The notes: generated from the letters alone by a model not told the origin. A DNA stretch of 31,091 nucleotides from a virus (IMGVR_UViG_3300030433_001277:1-31091), one strand, 5' to 3'; positions 15,901-24,499 are shown, counted from the stretch's first letter. Translations and numbers: made by a program.

Positions 15901-16281
15901 CACTCTTAGTCGATCAACATCGGTATCTGTAATCCTGCGAGTAACCGAAGTGCTTTGTGTAACTTCAACGCCAACAGAGTTCTCGCGCTCAGTCGCATTG
16001 AAAGGACCAGGCAAGTGCGACTGACCCTGAGTTCCTACTCGCGTAAAAACAGAGAACCCCTCAAAGTTGTTTGAGCCATCCGCTGCCTGAACAGGAGTGT
16101 CGTCTAAAAAAATGCTTTTGTTGCCATCCTCCAAGCCGCCAATCTCGCCTTCACTAATCAGATCCAGAACACTGGCAAATTGTGTTGACTGGAGAGTGTC
16201 ATCCTGCTCCGTCGGATTGCTTCTTCCGCCACCGCCTTTTCCGCCGCCACCAGCGCCTTGAATGTATTTGGTTTGAGTCAT
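12931..16281 (-). CDS. Tail tip / host specificity protein J
   Basis: 1116 aa with DLISEGEIGGL, YPNSALVG, WDGTF..WTNDPAWCLYD, GCYSQGQAHR.GKW and FN3-like segments. Confidence 0.95.
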   Translation of the reverse strand: MTQTKYIQGAGGGGKGGGGRSNPTEQDDTLQSTQFASVLDLISEGEIGGLEDGNKSIFLDDTPVQAADGSNNFEGFSVFTRVGTQGQSHLPGPFNATERENSVGVEVTQSTSVTRRITDTDVDRLRVTITIPSLQVLEDDGDIVGHSVRIKIQIQYNNGGYNDVIDNTISGKSSNRYQRDYLINLTGSFPVDVRVIRVSADETSNKRSNSTIFQSFTEIIDDKFRYPNSALVGLRFDSRQFSSIPKRKYLIRGIKVKIPSNATVDTTTHLGRITYSGIWDGTFQAATWTNDPAWCLYDLLISERFGAGVPEDTLDKYDFFAISQYCNELVDDGDGGQEPRFSLNILINSRDEVYNVIKQMTAIFRGIAYYGAGTLQLLQDKPSDPQYLLGPSNVVDGIFQYQGTSQKARHTVAVVAWQSYDTNGDVEYEYVEDHDAVAKYGIIKKDIKAIGCYSQGQAHRIGKWTLLSEQNLTETIQFSVAIESGIILRPGMVVDIADPVRAGARRSGRIKSATTTQITTDSSNNLTTDLAATNNPKLSVMLSTGLVEQRTVPVGGIHLPGNGTAEIDVSSAFSEAPAAGSFFLFQNDEIQSQQFRVISVAETEDGVYGVSAIAYNSSIYDAVESDNDLTTRDITNLSLIPNPVDNISSEEFLYEEASGVFVGASVSWNHDRVNVSEFRVQYRIDNDNWQAVDTSSPSVTLRNLRAGRLYLQIQAKNYLNKGSQISSANFQLNGKTAAPADVTGFSMIPVNGQARLSWTQATDLDVRVGGYVRLRHSPDLSGVTWPNSTSISEQISGSATEAYADLKPGTYSAKFVDSGGRESLNAALIEFTKPDLQNVQVVGALGSTEHPSFGGTKTNLTVDTVNNELELAPTGQDLEGVGDYDLEDGNALLLEDGSSLRQEGDAQLHTSGTYRFNTFTLSDIFSLRLNSTLRARSFFPYGEKIDDEPDIDLVTNFDGAVPNTCDVKLFIRTTQDAPPGGGYQDSNFTSWRRFNNAEFKARAYQVEARFSTGSSQENIAVDQLSVQAEMPIRTLTGNVTTSTSADVSVAYGTGNKFFVAPDVGVVMQAQASAENYVITNASATGFDISVFDGTDPATRSRVAKAITWTAAGYGIG

Positions 16282-16919
16282 GCTTGCACCTGATCAACAT
16301 CAAGGCCGCTCGACAGCACGCCTGAGCCGACAAAAAGACGACCGTAAGCAATAGGCACCGGCATGCCTTGGCGGCTTGTATTCACCACGTTAGAGAAAGT
16401 GAATGACTCGAGCTGCACCGACTCATCGAGTGTGCTGTCTAAGTCAGGCTGCGGCGAAATCGCCTGAGCAATACCGCCAAGAACTAAAGCAACACCAAGA
16501 CTGCCTGCTGCAGCCGCAACACCCGCGCCAAAAGTTGCGGCACTGCCAGCAGATGCAAGAAAACTGGTTCCGGCTACGCCAGCCCCTGGAACAGCTAAAG
16601 ACACTGCTATTAGAGCGGCCCCAACCAAAATCGAACCAAGGCCGCGACCAGCACCTGCTACAACAGGAGTGATACTGAACACCTCTCGATCACTAAAAGG
16701 CATGATTAAGGGTGAAATATTCTCTTCTGACACCTCCTCAGTCCCTACAGCGACTCGATAGCCAACCCCATCTCGCTCGCTGTCAATCAACCACTTGTCA
16801 AGACCGGAAAAGTTGACGCACAAAGCCTTGATCGCTTGCGCTGGTGTGGTTACGTCAAACTCAAAACGGCTTTGACCAAGCCTTTCACGCAAGAGGCCGT
16901 AGACCTTAACGACTTTCAT
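16278..16919 (-). CDS. Tail assembly protein I
   Basis: N-terminal ubiquitin-like part ending PVVAGAG, hydrophobic Gly/Ala middle, and NTSRQGMPVPIAYG. Confidence 0.92.
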   Translation of the reverse strand: MKVVKVYGLLRERLGQSRFEFDVTTPAQAIKALCVNFSGLDKWLIDSERDGVGYRVAVGTEEVSEENISPLIMPFSDREVFSITPVVAGAGRGLGSILVGAALIAVSLAVPGAGVAGTSFLASAGSAATFGAGVAAAAGSLGVALVLGGIAQAISPQPDLDSTLDESVQLESFTFSNVVNTSRQGMPVPIAYGRLFVGSGVLSSGLDVDQVQA

Positions 16920-17613
16920 GCCTCAAGGCGCAGGCAGTGCTCTTGCCATAGTAACCGCCATAGACATCCCTGCTAGACAGTCGCCCCTGAACATGGTGCA
17001 GCACTTGCATGTCACCCATGTAAATCGCTGCGTGATTTGGGACCGGTGATACAAGATTCATCAAAATCAAATCACCACGCTGAATCTCCTCGACAGGTAT
17101 CTTCCGAAACCCTTCCTTGCTGAAGTTGTCTAGATACAAGTTCTGGCCGTGGTCCCACCATTGATCACGTCGATCGTAATCACGCAACTCGATGCTGTAT
17201 TCCCTGGCATACCAGTCGCGAACAAGGGTGTAGCAGTCCACAACTCCGTGAACAAACTCACGCCCTACATAAGGCAATTCAAAGCCTGCCGGCTCGCAAT
17301 AACCCCAAGCCTCAGTGTTTGGATTGACGATGAACCAAGGCAATCCTGATTTCTCACATGCGACTCGGTCAGCAGTGGATGGCTCTGGATTAGTAATCGG
17401 GTGGCTATGCACAATCGCAATGACCTCGCCTTGATCCTCAACAAGATGCCAGCCGCTTAAAACAAAATGCTCGTCTGGCGTCTCGGCAATGTTTTGACAA
17501 GGGAAGTAGCGCTGACGCCCCTTGACGACGGCAACTAACCCACAAGCCTCACGAGGCGCATCAGCTTTTGCGTGCTGCAAAATCTGAGTTTGCAGCTCCT
17601 CTAATAGCTCCAT
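16906..17613 (-). CDS. Tail assembly protein K (JAB/MPN + NlpC/P60)
   Basis: EACG and HSHP....PS..DR JAB motif; DCY, NHAAIY and LHH NlpC/P60 motifs. Confidence 0.93.
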   Translation of the reverse strand: MELLEELQTQILQHAKADAPREACGLVAVVKGRQRYFPCQNIAETPDEHFVLSGWHLVEDQGEVIAIVHSHPITNPEPSTADRVACEKSGLPWFIVNPNTEAWGYCEPAGFELPYVGREFVHGVVDCYTLVRDWYAREYSIELRDYDRRDQWWDHGQNLYLDNFSKEGFRKIPVEEIQRGDLILMNLVSPVPNHAAIYMGDMQVLHHVQGRLSSRDVYGGYYGKSTACALRHESR

Positions 17614-18602
17614 TACTTAGTCAAGCCAGCGCCAGGGAAAGATCCGAACGGCAGCTCAGCGTTTTCGCCAAAACGAAGCTTGCAGCTGGCCACTCGCTTG
17701 CCGCAAACATCCTCCGCCAAACTGCTGACGCTGTTGCCATTGACATCGAAATAGTTGCTGCCCGCATAACTGCACTCGCTACTCCGATACTTCCACTGAC
17801 AAACATTGGCGATAATCTGCCTCTTGGGAATTTTTTGGCCAGCCAAGTCAAACTTGCTTGCCAATTCAAAAGTTACAGAGTCTCTTGTTTCACTTGATTT
17901 GCGGTCAATGAACCAACGCTCATCAGGAAAGCGTACATTCGCATCAGCCGTTGGATTCACAATAACTTGGTTAAATTCGATATTGTCACCTGCTTGCGTT
18001 ACAAGAAAGTCATTCCCTTGGGTGGTTGCAAGCTTATCGGTGCCGAAGTTGTCGCTGTCTAGGTACTTAGCCAGGGTCCGAATACGACGAACCTCAGCCC
18101 CGCCTAAATCATTGCCAGCAGTCGTTGCATTGACCAACAGAAGCAATGCTGTAATCGTGCTGCTGAGATTGCTCACAGTCAATGTTGGACGAGGCAGCGT
18201 TCCAGTGTTGGTGTATTCAAAGCCCTCAGCCATCACTGGCACACGCGAATAGATCTGCGAACCAAAAATGATGTTGCTTTCGCCAAACTCGTTGGTTCCT
18301 GCGTGGAAGTAGTAAATGTCATTACTGCCATGCAGAGCAGAATCAAGCCTGAGCTGAAACAGCTCGATGATTGCGCTTGGATTGAAGCTTGAAAGATCTG
18401 CGTAAGTTGAAGATATAGCAGTCCAAACGCAAGTGCCGTCTGTGACTGTGTCTCCAATGAGATTCGGCCAGCCAGGTTCAGTACTGCCCGTAGTACCAGC
18501 AGTCGTACACCGGAAAAACAATCCAGTTCCTTCGTCAGTGGTGGCGCTACGGATATCGCCAACGGAGAACGTGTTGTTAGCAACCCAGCTTGCGACTGCC
18601 AT
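17613..18602 (-). CDS. Minor tail protein L (lambda gpL-like) with N-terminal extension
   Basis: IIELF, LPRPTLTVSN, VRRIRTLAKYLD and VTFELAS, plus the four-Cys cluster CQWKYRSSEC...DVCGKRVASCKLRFG known to bind Fe-S in gpL. Confidence 0.93.
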   Translation of the reverse strand: MAVASWVANNTFSVGDIRSATTDEGTGLFFRCTTAGTTGSTEPGWPNLIGDTVTDGTCVWTAISSTYADLSSFNPSAIIELFQLRLDSALHGSNDIYYFHAGTNEFGESNIIFGSQIYSRVPVMAEGFEYTNTGTLPRPTLTVSNLSSTITALLLLVNATTAGNDLGGAEVRRIRTLAKYLDSDNFGTDKLATTQGNDFLVTQAGDNIEFNQVIVNPTADANVRFPDERWFIDRKSSETRDSVTFELASKFDLAGQKIPKRQIIANVCQWKYRSSECSYAGSNYFDVNGNSVSSLAEDVCGKRVASCKLRFGENAELPFGSFPGAGLTK

Positions 18603-18946
18603 TACGGTTCAAAGACTTGCGTGAACGTAGTTTGAATCGTTGCCAAGTTTGAGTATGGCAGCGTCTTGGTCCAAGAAGAGCACACCCATTTGTATGTGTT
18701 GGTGTCATCTGGGGGCGACCAATCAAAAGCTGCAGCATCGGCAGCACGAGCCTCCAAAAAAGTTTCAATCGTGTCTGCGTCAGCCTCTGTCAGATTGCGG
18801 AACTCGAGAGACCATTCTTTGGGATCCTGGTTAATGCCAAAACTCAAGCGTTTTTCGTAGCCATCCCCGAATTGAACCTTTCGGATCTTTGGTTGGCTGC
18901 GTTTTTGCGCTCCGTAAGACGGATCAATAGAAGGGAATGCTGCCAT
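18602..18946 (-). CDS. Distal tail protein (lambda gpM-like)
   Basis: 114 aa with VQFGDGYEKR, FDWSPP and TFTQVFEP. Confidence 0.9.
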   Translation of the reverse strand: MAAFPSIDPSYGAQKRSQPKIRKVQFGDGYEKRLSFGINQDPKEWSLEFRNLTEADADTIETFLEARAADAAAFDWSPPDDTNTYKWVCSSWTKTLPYSNLATIQTTFTQVFEP

Positions 18947-21900
18947 TAGCTTGCGAGTAAGCCTCCAGGACGCTTCTGCTTGATCAGTTCCTGTTGTACT
19001 GCAACCCCAATCGCTTTGCCCAGTTGGTTGGCTTGACTTGCATCGCCCTCAACAGAAGATCCAGCAGCGTCAACATTAACGGTGATGTTGCCCATTGCTC
19101 CGCCAGAAGCCTCAACCCCAAGCTTGCCGTTTGCACCCCTACGCAGCGGCATGATCGCTTCAGGCCCTGCCTCGCCCATTAGCCCAGCACCATTCGCCAT
19201 CGGGAACAGTGTGGGCTTATTGACGATGCCGCCCATGGCATAAGGGACAATCTTGTTTCTCGCGATGACGTTGCCATTCGCATTCTTCAGAACGTCATCA
19301 AGGATCGAATTAGGGACACCAGCGAAAGAGCCTTCTGTAGTTCCACCACCACCACCACCACCTAGCCCAAGGAAGCTGCCAACACCTGGAATCAAGCTCA
19401 AGCCTTGGAACAGTGCCTTCTTCGCAAAGATACGAGCCAGATCACTGATGACAGAGTTGGCAAAATCACGGAAGTTGGCCTTGCCAGTGGTAACAAAGTC
19501 AGCGAATGCATCGCCAAGATCTCTGACTGCATTAACTCCAACCTCGCCAACAGCCTCAGCGACATTCATCGCCTCGTCAAAGACCTCACGGAGACCCTGC
19601 TGGAACTTAAAGGCTGCTGAATTTGCTTTCTCAAGATTGGCGCGAAGCTCACGGAGTGCGTTGGCAAGCTCCTCGCTGCTCATCGCTTCTGCATACTTCT
19701 CAGCAAAGTCAGCAAGCTGACGGTTGATTTCAATCCGCTGACGCTCTTCTTGACTCATCAGCGTCACTGCATAACGGGCATCTGCCAGCTCTCTCCCAGC
19801 CTGTTGGAGCAATTTGCCCTGCTCCTCAAGCTGTTTGTTTATATCATCATTGATTTTCTTTTCAGCCAGCTTGAAGTCTGCTTTGGCCTGCTCAATGTCA
19901 TTGTTTCTCTTGTTGATATCCTCTGTCTCTTGTTTTGCGATAAGGATGTCAAGATCCCGCTGCAGCTGAGCTGTAAGCAGCTCATTTTCCTGCGCAATTG
20001 CGTCACGAATTTGGCGGCGAATGGCCAACTCCGCCTTACTCATTGGAGTGCTCTCACTGCCGCTGCCGCCGTCTGCATCAGGATCTGCATAATCAGTTGG
20101 TGTGTATGAAGTTGGCGCATTAATCGGACGACCCGTCATGCGGTCATACTTAATACCTGCAACCTCGTAACTACTGGCCAATTTCATTGCTAGCTCTAAA
20201 TCACCTGCAGCAATCTTTGCGGTTTTCAGCTGCCTGGTCAGGGCTTGAATCATTCGATTATTAGTTTCTTTCGCAAGCCGATCTTCCAGCTCTTGAACCT
20301 TGTCATTCATCTCGCGAAGCCTGTCGTTGGCTTCCTCGTTTGTCGTCTCTCCGGCTATCACTGACTTATTAAACTCTGCGTTCTTCTTGCTGTGCTTCAC
20401 CAAGGCAACTGTTGCGGCAGTGATACCTGCTGCTAAGGCAACCCAAGGATTGAGCAACGATGCAGCGGTAAAGCCTTTCATTGCAACAGTGGCCTTGCCA
20501 AACGCAGTGCCAAGTGCTGTTGCAATCCCTATAAGGTTCTGCAAAGCCAATGCAATACCAGCGGCACCCGCAACAATCAAAAGCTCTTTGAAGTTCGCGA
20601 TTAAGAACGAGGATGCATCTAAAAGTGCGTTCAATCCATTCGCCGCAGCAACTGCGCCAGCCTTAATTGCAGGAAGAATGTCGAGGACAAACTTGCCAAA
20701 AGCTTGCTGAAGCTGAGCACCAATCGGCTGCAAAGCCTCGCCAACTTCACGACGCACTTCCTGAAAAGCAACCGTAGCTCGCGCACCAGCATCTGCACTG
20801 CTGTCAGCAATCGCACGCGCCGTTTCTTCATACTCTGGGCCGAGGCTGATGATAAATTTCATCAACTCATCAAGTCCAACAGTGCCAGCCTTCAATGACT
20901 TCTGAAGCTCAGGCAATGTCATTTTGTTCGCCTCTGCGAACTTAGTAACAGCGCCAGGCAATCTTTCACCTAGCTGACCAGAAAGTTCCTCAGCGCTGAC
21001 CTTGCCTTTAGAGAAGGTCTGAACCATGGCTGTTATTGCAGAATCAACGTCTTGTGCTCCACCGCCTGTTGCCTTGATTGCAGAAGTGATATTTCTGAAT
21101 ACAACCTCTGCATCAGCTACATTGCCGCCAGCACCAATAACAGCTGCGGAAAGACGTGTAATTCCTCTTGTTGATACATCAATAGGTACGTTGAAATCTT
21201 TGGTGACTTGATTTGCTGCTTTTAACGCATTGGTATATTCAGGACCAGCAACGCCCTCAAGAGCGATTTCAAGCTTTTGCAGTTGAGCCGCGTAATCAGA
21301 TGTCGCGCCAAGCGCCTCTCGCATCATCTTGACCTGAGCGCCAAGTGCTGCGCCTGCAGCAACACCAGCGACACCACCTACGGCGCCACCAACTGCAGCA
21401 CCCAATGCGCCCTCAGGACCACCAAATACACCACCAGCGGCAATGCCGCCTAGCCCTTGCGCAATACCACCAATCGTTGGACGCCGACGACGCTTATTTA
21501 GCTTTTCAAGTCGACGATCTACTTTTTCAATCTCTTTGCCAAGTTCACGGAAGTCTTGACTGGTGGGATCAAGGCCAGCTCGAAGTTGCGCAAATGCACT
21601 TCTCTGCGATTGCAAGCTATTAATACTGCCATTAGACGCAGCAGTTGCTGCCTTGATATCACGAGTTACCTCTTGATAACTCTTGCCCATGCGATCAATG
21701 TCAGCGCTGATTCCAGCCATGCCAATGTCGCCAATGCTCTGATAGAGGCCACTGACTTGACGGACAGGCTGTTGAACCAAAGAGGCGACTGCCGAGCCGC
21801 CTGCAATCATTGCGCCAGTGCGCGGATCTCTAGTGCCTGGCGCTCCTGCTTGCGCGGCCTGAATGCCAGCAAGTTTTTCAGCGCGACGAGCAGCTCTTGT

Positions 21901-22653
21901 CTGCGCCTCGCCAAGACTGTCAAATGAGGAAGAAGTTCCATTTAGAGCTTGGCTCAAAGATTTTTGCAGAGCAATAAGTTCTTTGTTCGCCTCTGCGTAA
22001 TCTTGAGTCGTGAAATCAAGATTTTCGATTTCATTTTGAACTTCTCCAATCCTCAAACGCAACGCTGCGATAGTGGTGGGCTGATCTGCTTGAACAATGC
22101 TGGTGGGCATTCCAGTTCTTGCTACCCTTGCTGCTGCAGAGACTTCTTGGCGAGCAACCCGTGCCGCTTGCTGCGCCTCAAAATTTCTAATGCCTACAAG
22201 AGTATTTAGGTAGTCTTCTGAATCAACTCGAAGGCCCTGGAGTTGCTGCCTCCTCACCTTCATGTTTTTCTCAAAGGCGTCCGGAACCCTGCTAGGAAAG
22301 CCTATGGAGCTGAGCCTTTCCATGGCCGTAGCGGCCTTGTTGGCATCAGGTATTAGCGACTGTAAGGTGTCTTCAAGTCCTTCGATATCAGCAGATAACT
22401 GCTTGTAAATTCCACTGTTAATGCTCGCCTGGGCTTGCAAGCCCTTGAAAGATTCAATTACTCCGCGAATTGCCTGTGTGCTTTTTTGCCCAGCATTCGC
22501 AAACTCAAGAATCTCAGTCCTTATCTTGCGTATATTTTTATCAGTCGGCCCAGCTGCTTTGCCAAGAGCGGTCAGGGAACTTTTGAGAACGTTTACGCCC
22601 TCAATCCCGTCAACGCCCAGCTTGATTAGAAGGTCGCCAACAGTCTTAGCCAT
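18946..22653 (-). CDS. Tail tape measure protein
   Basis: 1235 aa, Ala-rich and helical; tape-measure core (QTFSKGKVSAEELSGQLGERLPG) and lambda-type C-terminus (AMGGIV, GEAGPEAIMPL, QKRPGGLL). Confidence 0.95.
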   Translation of the reverse strand: MAKTVGDLLIKLGVDGIEGVNVLKSSLTALGKAAGPTDKNIRKIRTEILEFANAGQKSTQAIRGVIESFKGLQAQASINSGIYKQLSADIEGLEDTLQSLIPDANKAATAMERLSSIGFPSRVPDAFEKNMKVRRQQLQGLRVDSEDYLNTLVGIRNFEAQQAARVARQEVSAAARVARTGMPTSIVQADQPTTIAALRLRIGEVQNEIENLDFTTQDYAEANKELIALQKSLSQALNGTSSSFDSLGEAQTRAARRAEKLAGIQAAQAGAPGTRDPRTGAMIAGGSAVASLVQQPVRQVSGLYQSIGDIGMAGISADIDRMGKSYQEVTRDIKAATAASNGSINSLQSQRSAFAQLRAGLDPTSQDFRELGKEIEKVDRRLEKLNKRRRRPTIGGIAQGLGGIAAGGVFGGPEGALGAAVGGAVGGVAGVAAGAALGAQVKMMREALGATSDYAAQLQKLEIALEGVAGPEYTNALKAANQVTKDFNVPIDVSTRGITRLSAAVIGAGGNVADAEVVFRNITSAIKATGGGAQDVDSAITAMVQTFSKGKVSAEELSGQLGERLPGAVTKFAEANKMTLPELQKSLKAGTVGLDELMKFIISLGPEYEETARAIADSSADAGARATVAFQEVRREVGEALQPIGAQLQQAFGKFVLDILPAIKAGAVAAANGLNALLDASSFLIANFKELLIVAGAAGIALALQNLIGIATALGTAFGKATVAMKGFTAASLLNPWVALAAGITAATVALVKHSKKNAEFNKSVIAGETTNEEANDRLREMNDKVQELEDRLAKETNNRMIQALTRQLKTAKIAAGDLELAMKLASSYEVAGIKYDRMTGRPINAPTSYTPTDYADPDADGGSGSESTPMSKAELAIRRQIRDAIAQENELLTAQLQRDLDILIAKQETEDINKRNNDIEQAKADFKLAEKKINDDINKQLEEQGKLLQQAGRELADARYAVTLMSQEERQRIEINRQLADFAEKYAEAMSSEELANALRELRANLEKANSAAFKFQQGLREVFDEAMNVAEAVGEVGVNAVRDLGDAFADFVTTGKANFRDFANSVISDLARIFAKKALFQGLSLIPGVGSFLGLGGGGGGGTTEGSFAGVPNSILDDVLKNANGNVIARNKIVPYAMGGIVNKPTLFPMANGAGLMGEAGPEAIMPLRRGANGKLGVEASGGAMGNITVNVDAAGSSVEGDASQANQLGKAIGVAVQQELIKQKRPGGLLAS

Positions 22654-22999
22654 CTGCCTTCTTGCTGAATTCGCGTAGTGCTGCGGATTCCATGACTTGG
22701 AGGCCCTCTAGCACTTCGCGACGGTTCTCCACATCATAAAGGTCAAAAAGCCCCCCGGAAACCAGCAGTACGTCATATCGCAAACCCACATAGCCAGCCA
22801 TGCTGACGGTCCATTGTGTCTGCATGCGCAGGAACATCGTGACGATGTCCCAGTTCTCATCCCAGACCTCAAAGTCCTCTGACTCTACTTTCTTTGGTGC
22901 TGGCAGTTCTATGCCAAAGGCGGCAGCGTCATCCTGAGTTTTGTCATCAATGATCTTGCCGCCAGAAGCCCAATAGACCGCAGCCTCTCTTAGTTTCCC
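22646..22999 (-). CDS. Tail assembly chaperone frameshift extension (gpT-like part of G-T fusion; DUF1799-like)
   Basis: FEVWDENW, FLRMQTQW, GLRYD and LQVMESAAL motifs; no convincing start of its own; reached by the -1 shift. Confidence 0.8.
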   Translation of the reverse strand, partial: GKLREAAVYWASGGKIIDDKTQDDAAAFGIELPAPKKVESEDFEVWDENWDIVTMFLRMQTQWTVSMAGYVGLRYDVLLVSGGLFDLYDVENRREVLEGLQVMESAALREFSKKADG

Positions 23000-23322
23000 G
23001 CTTGCGCCTCGCCGTAGGTCTTGGTGTAAGCAGCAAGCACCGCTTTCAACCAATCCACGTCATCTGCAAAATCATCAAGCTCGGCTTCGGAGAACTTGAT
23101 CTCATCACCGTCCTCATCCTTGATGCCCTCCCAGCCGACAAGAACTTTCTTCAGCAGAGACGCACCTTCTGATTCAGTCACACCTTCAAGCTCAGACATC
23201 TTCACTCGCTTGAAGATTGCCGTGAACTCAGATTTCTCAAACTTGCCGGGCTTGGTGTCGCTAGGTTCCTGCACTTCAACAGGCCACTTGAAGGTTTTTA
23301 CCTTCTTACGAACAAAAGCCAT
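22990..23322 (-). CDS. Tail assembly chaperone (gpG-like)
   Basis: 110 aa from the ATG at 23322 (MAFVRKK); LVGWEGIKDEDG motif; lies between tube and tape measure; ends in the slippery sequence GGGAAAC-TAA. Confidence 0.85.
   Translation of the reverse strand: MAFVRKKVKTFKWPVEVQEPSDTKPGKFEKSEFTAIFKRVKMSELEGVTESEGASLLKKVLVGWEGIKDEDGDEIKFSEAELDDFADDVDWLKAVLAAYTKTYGEAQAGN
22993..22999 (-). other. Programmed -1 ribosomal frameshift slippery site G GGA AAC
   Basis: Minus strand GCG GGA AAC TAA fits X XXY YYZ; the -1 frame reads GKLREAAVYW..., the open frame ending at 22646. Confidence 0.85.
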
Positions 23323-23346
23323 CAGATAAATCAAATAAGCTGGCTC

Positions 23347-23352
23347 AGCATA
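23347..23352 (-). promoter_or_regulatory. Putative -10-like element TATGCT just downstream of the tube terminator
   Basis: 24 nt upstream of the chaperone ATG at 23322; preceded by TG. Confidence 0.4.
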
Positions 23353-23355
23353 CAC

Positions 23356-23383
23356 AAAAAAAGGGAGCCCGCAAAGGCTCCCT
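23356..23383 (-). terminator. Rho-independent terminator after the tail tube gene
   Basis: Minus strand AGGGAGCC-TTTGCG-GGCTCCCT followed by TTTTTT. Confidence 0.85.
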
Positions 23384-23405
23384 CTCGACGCAGCTCTTTA
23401 CCAGC

Positions 23406-24344
23406 TTAAGTGAAGATCAGATCAAACTCAGTGTTGGCAGCAGAGTCCGGCACGCAGGTGTAAGGAATCTCCAGCATTGCGATGCCATCAGAATCGCCGT
23501 AAGCAACGTCGCCAATGTCCACCTTGCTTGAGGTGAACTGAACAATGTTGCCAGCAGTGCTGCCATGAGTGAACTGCAGGTTGCCCAAAGCAACATCGTC
23601 ATCAACAGCAGCAGCGAAGTAGTCCTTCGTTGCCATCGTCACTGCCTCGATGGAGACAGAACCGTTAGCCGCGCGATCGGTGATGAGCACCTCTTTTGAG
23701 CCACCAACTAGCTCGCGATAGGTAAGGGAGTTACCCAGATCAAACGAGAAACTCTGCAGAGCACCGGCGTAAGACAGCAACTGGAAGCTGCTGGTGTTGC
23801 CATTCTTGAAGATCAAAGGATCGTCCTGATTCGCATAAGTCGGAGTCAGGAGTGCCGTGTCGTCAGGAGCGTTGTAAATGCCAGTGAAGCTGAACTCCAA
23901 GGTTGGAATTTCTCCAACGGCAGCGTTGATCGCTACATTCCCCCTGCAGCCAGTGACCTTATGACGGACACCATCGATGTTGTAGTGGATGGTGACTGAG
24001 GAGAAGCTGGAGCTGACTGGGTCGTAGGTGACTGAAGTTGAATCGACGACAGTCTCAGCCAAACCACACGCCTTGAGAGCCTTGCCATATGCAGGTGCAG
24101 TACCTGCAGTGCCAGAGCCTGCAAGCTCAACACTGAAAGTGCATTCAACGCGAGTGTTTGCCAGCAGCTGCTGAGAGGCGCCGTAATAGGGACGAATTAG
24201 GTCGCGGCTGACAACATCACTGCTCTGAGGAGTGATGCTTAGATCCCTCACTAGAACGGCGTCGGCCCCTGACACGGTTGGATCCGTCCCGTACGTTGAC
24301 TCCGTCTCGATCGCGATCAGGCGTTTGCGTAGTAGCAGTGCCAT
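23406..24344 (-). CDS. Major tail tube protein
   Basis: 312 aa with ESTYGTDP, VELAGSGTAGTAP, LKACGLAE and GCRG; purine-rich RBS AAAGGAAAG upstream; followed by a terminator and the chaperone genes. Confidence 0.88.
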   Translation of the reverse strand: MALLLRKRLIAIETESTYGTDPTVSGADAVLVRDLSITPQSSDVVSRDLIRPYYGASQQLLANTRVECTFSVELAGSGTAGTAPAYGKALKACGLAETVVDSTSVTYDPVSSSFSSVTIHYNIDGVRHKVTGCRGNVAINAAVGEIPTLEFSFTGIYNAPDDTALLTPTYANQDDPLIFKNGNTSSFQLLSYAGALQSFSFDLGNSLTYRELVGGSKEVLITDRAANGSVSIEAVTMATKDYFAAAVDDDVALGNLQFTHGSTAGNIVQFTSSKVDIGDVAYGDSDGIAMLEIPYTCVPDSAANTEFDLIFT

Positions 24345-24456
24345 CGGAACTTTCCTTTGATGGTTGTGGTGGAAGCGTCCGCTGAATCAGAGTGCGTACG
24401 CCTGTTTCAGGATCAAGGAGGTAACTCCCGCCATGACCACTGTGTTCATCCAACAT
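24217..24456 (-). CDS. Small hypothetical protein overlapping the tail tube gene start
   Basis: ATG start fills the gap upstream of the tube gene; ordered N-terminus GGSYLLDPETGVRTLIQRT; the C-terminal part overlaps the tube gene by 128 nt. Confidence 0.5.
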   Translation of the reverse strand: MLDEHSGHGGSYLLDPETGVRTLIQRTLPPQPSKESSDGTATTQTPDRDRDGVNVRDGSNRVRGRRRSSEGSKHHSSEQ

Positions 24457-24499
24457 GGTAAGTGGAGAGGGTGGTTAGGTTTAGCGTAGCTCTGACTGC

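Noticed and set aside
19343-19362. (CCA)n microsatellite
   Set aside because: Encodes a poly-Gly linker in the tape measure protein; triplet changes would not switch phase.
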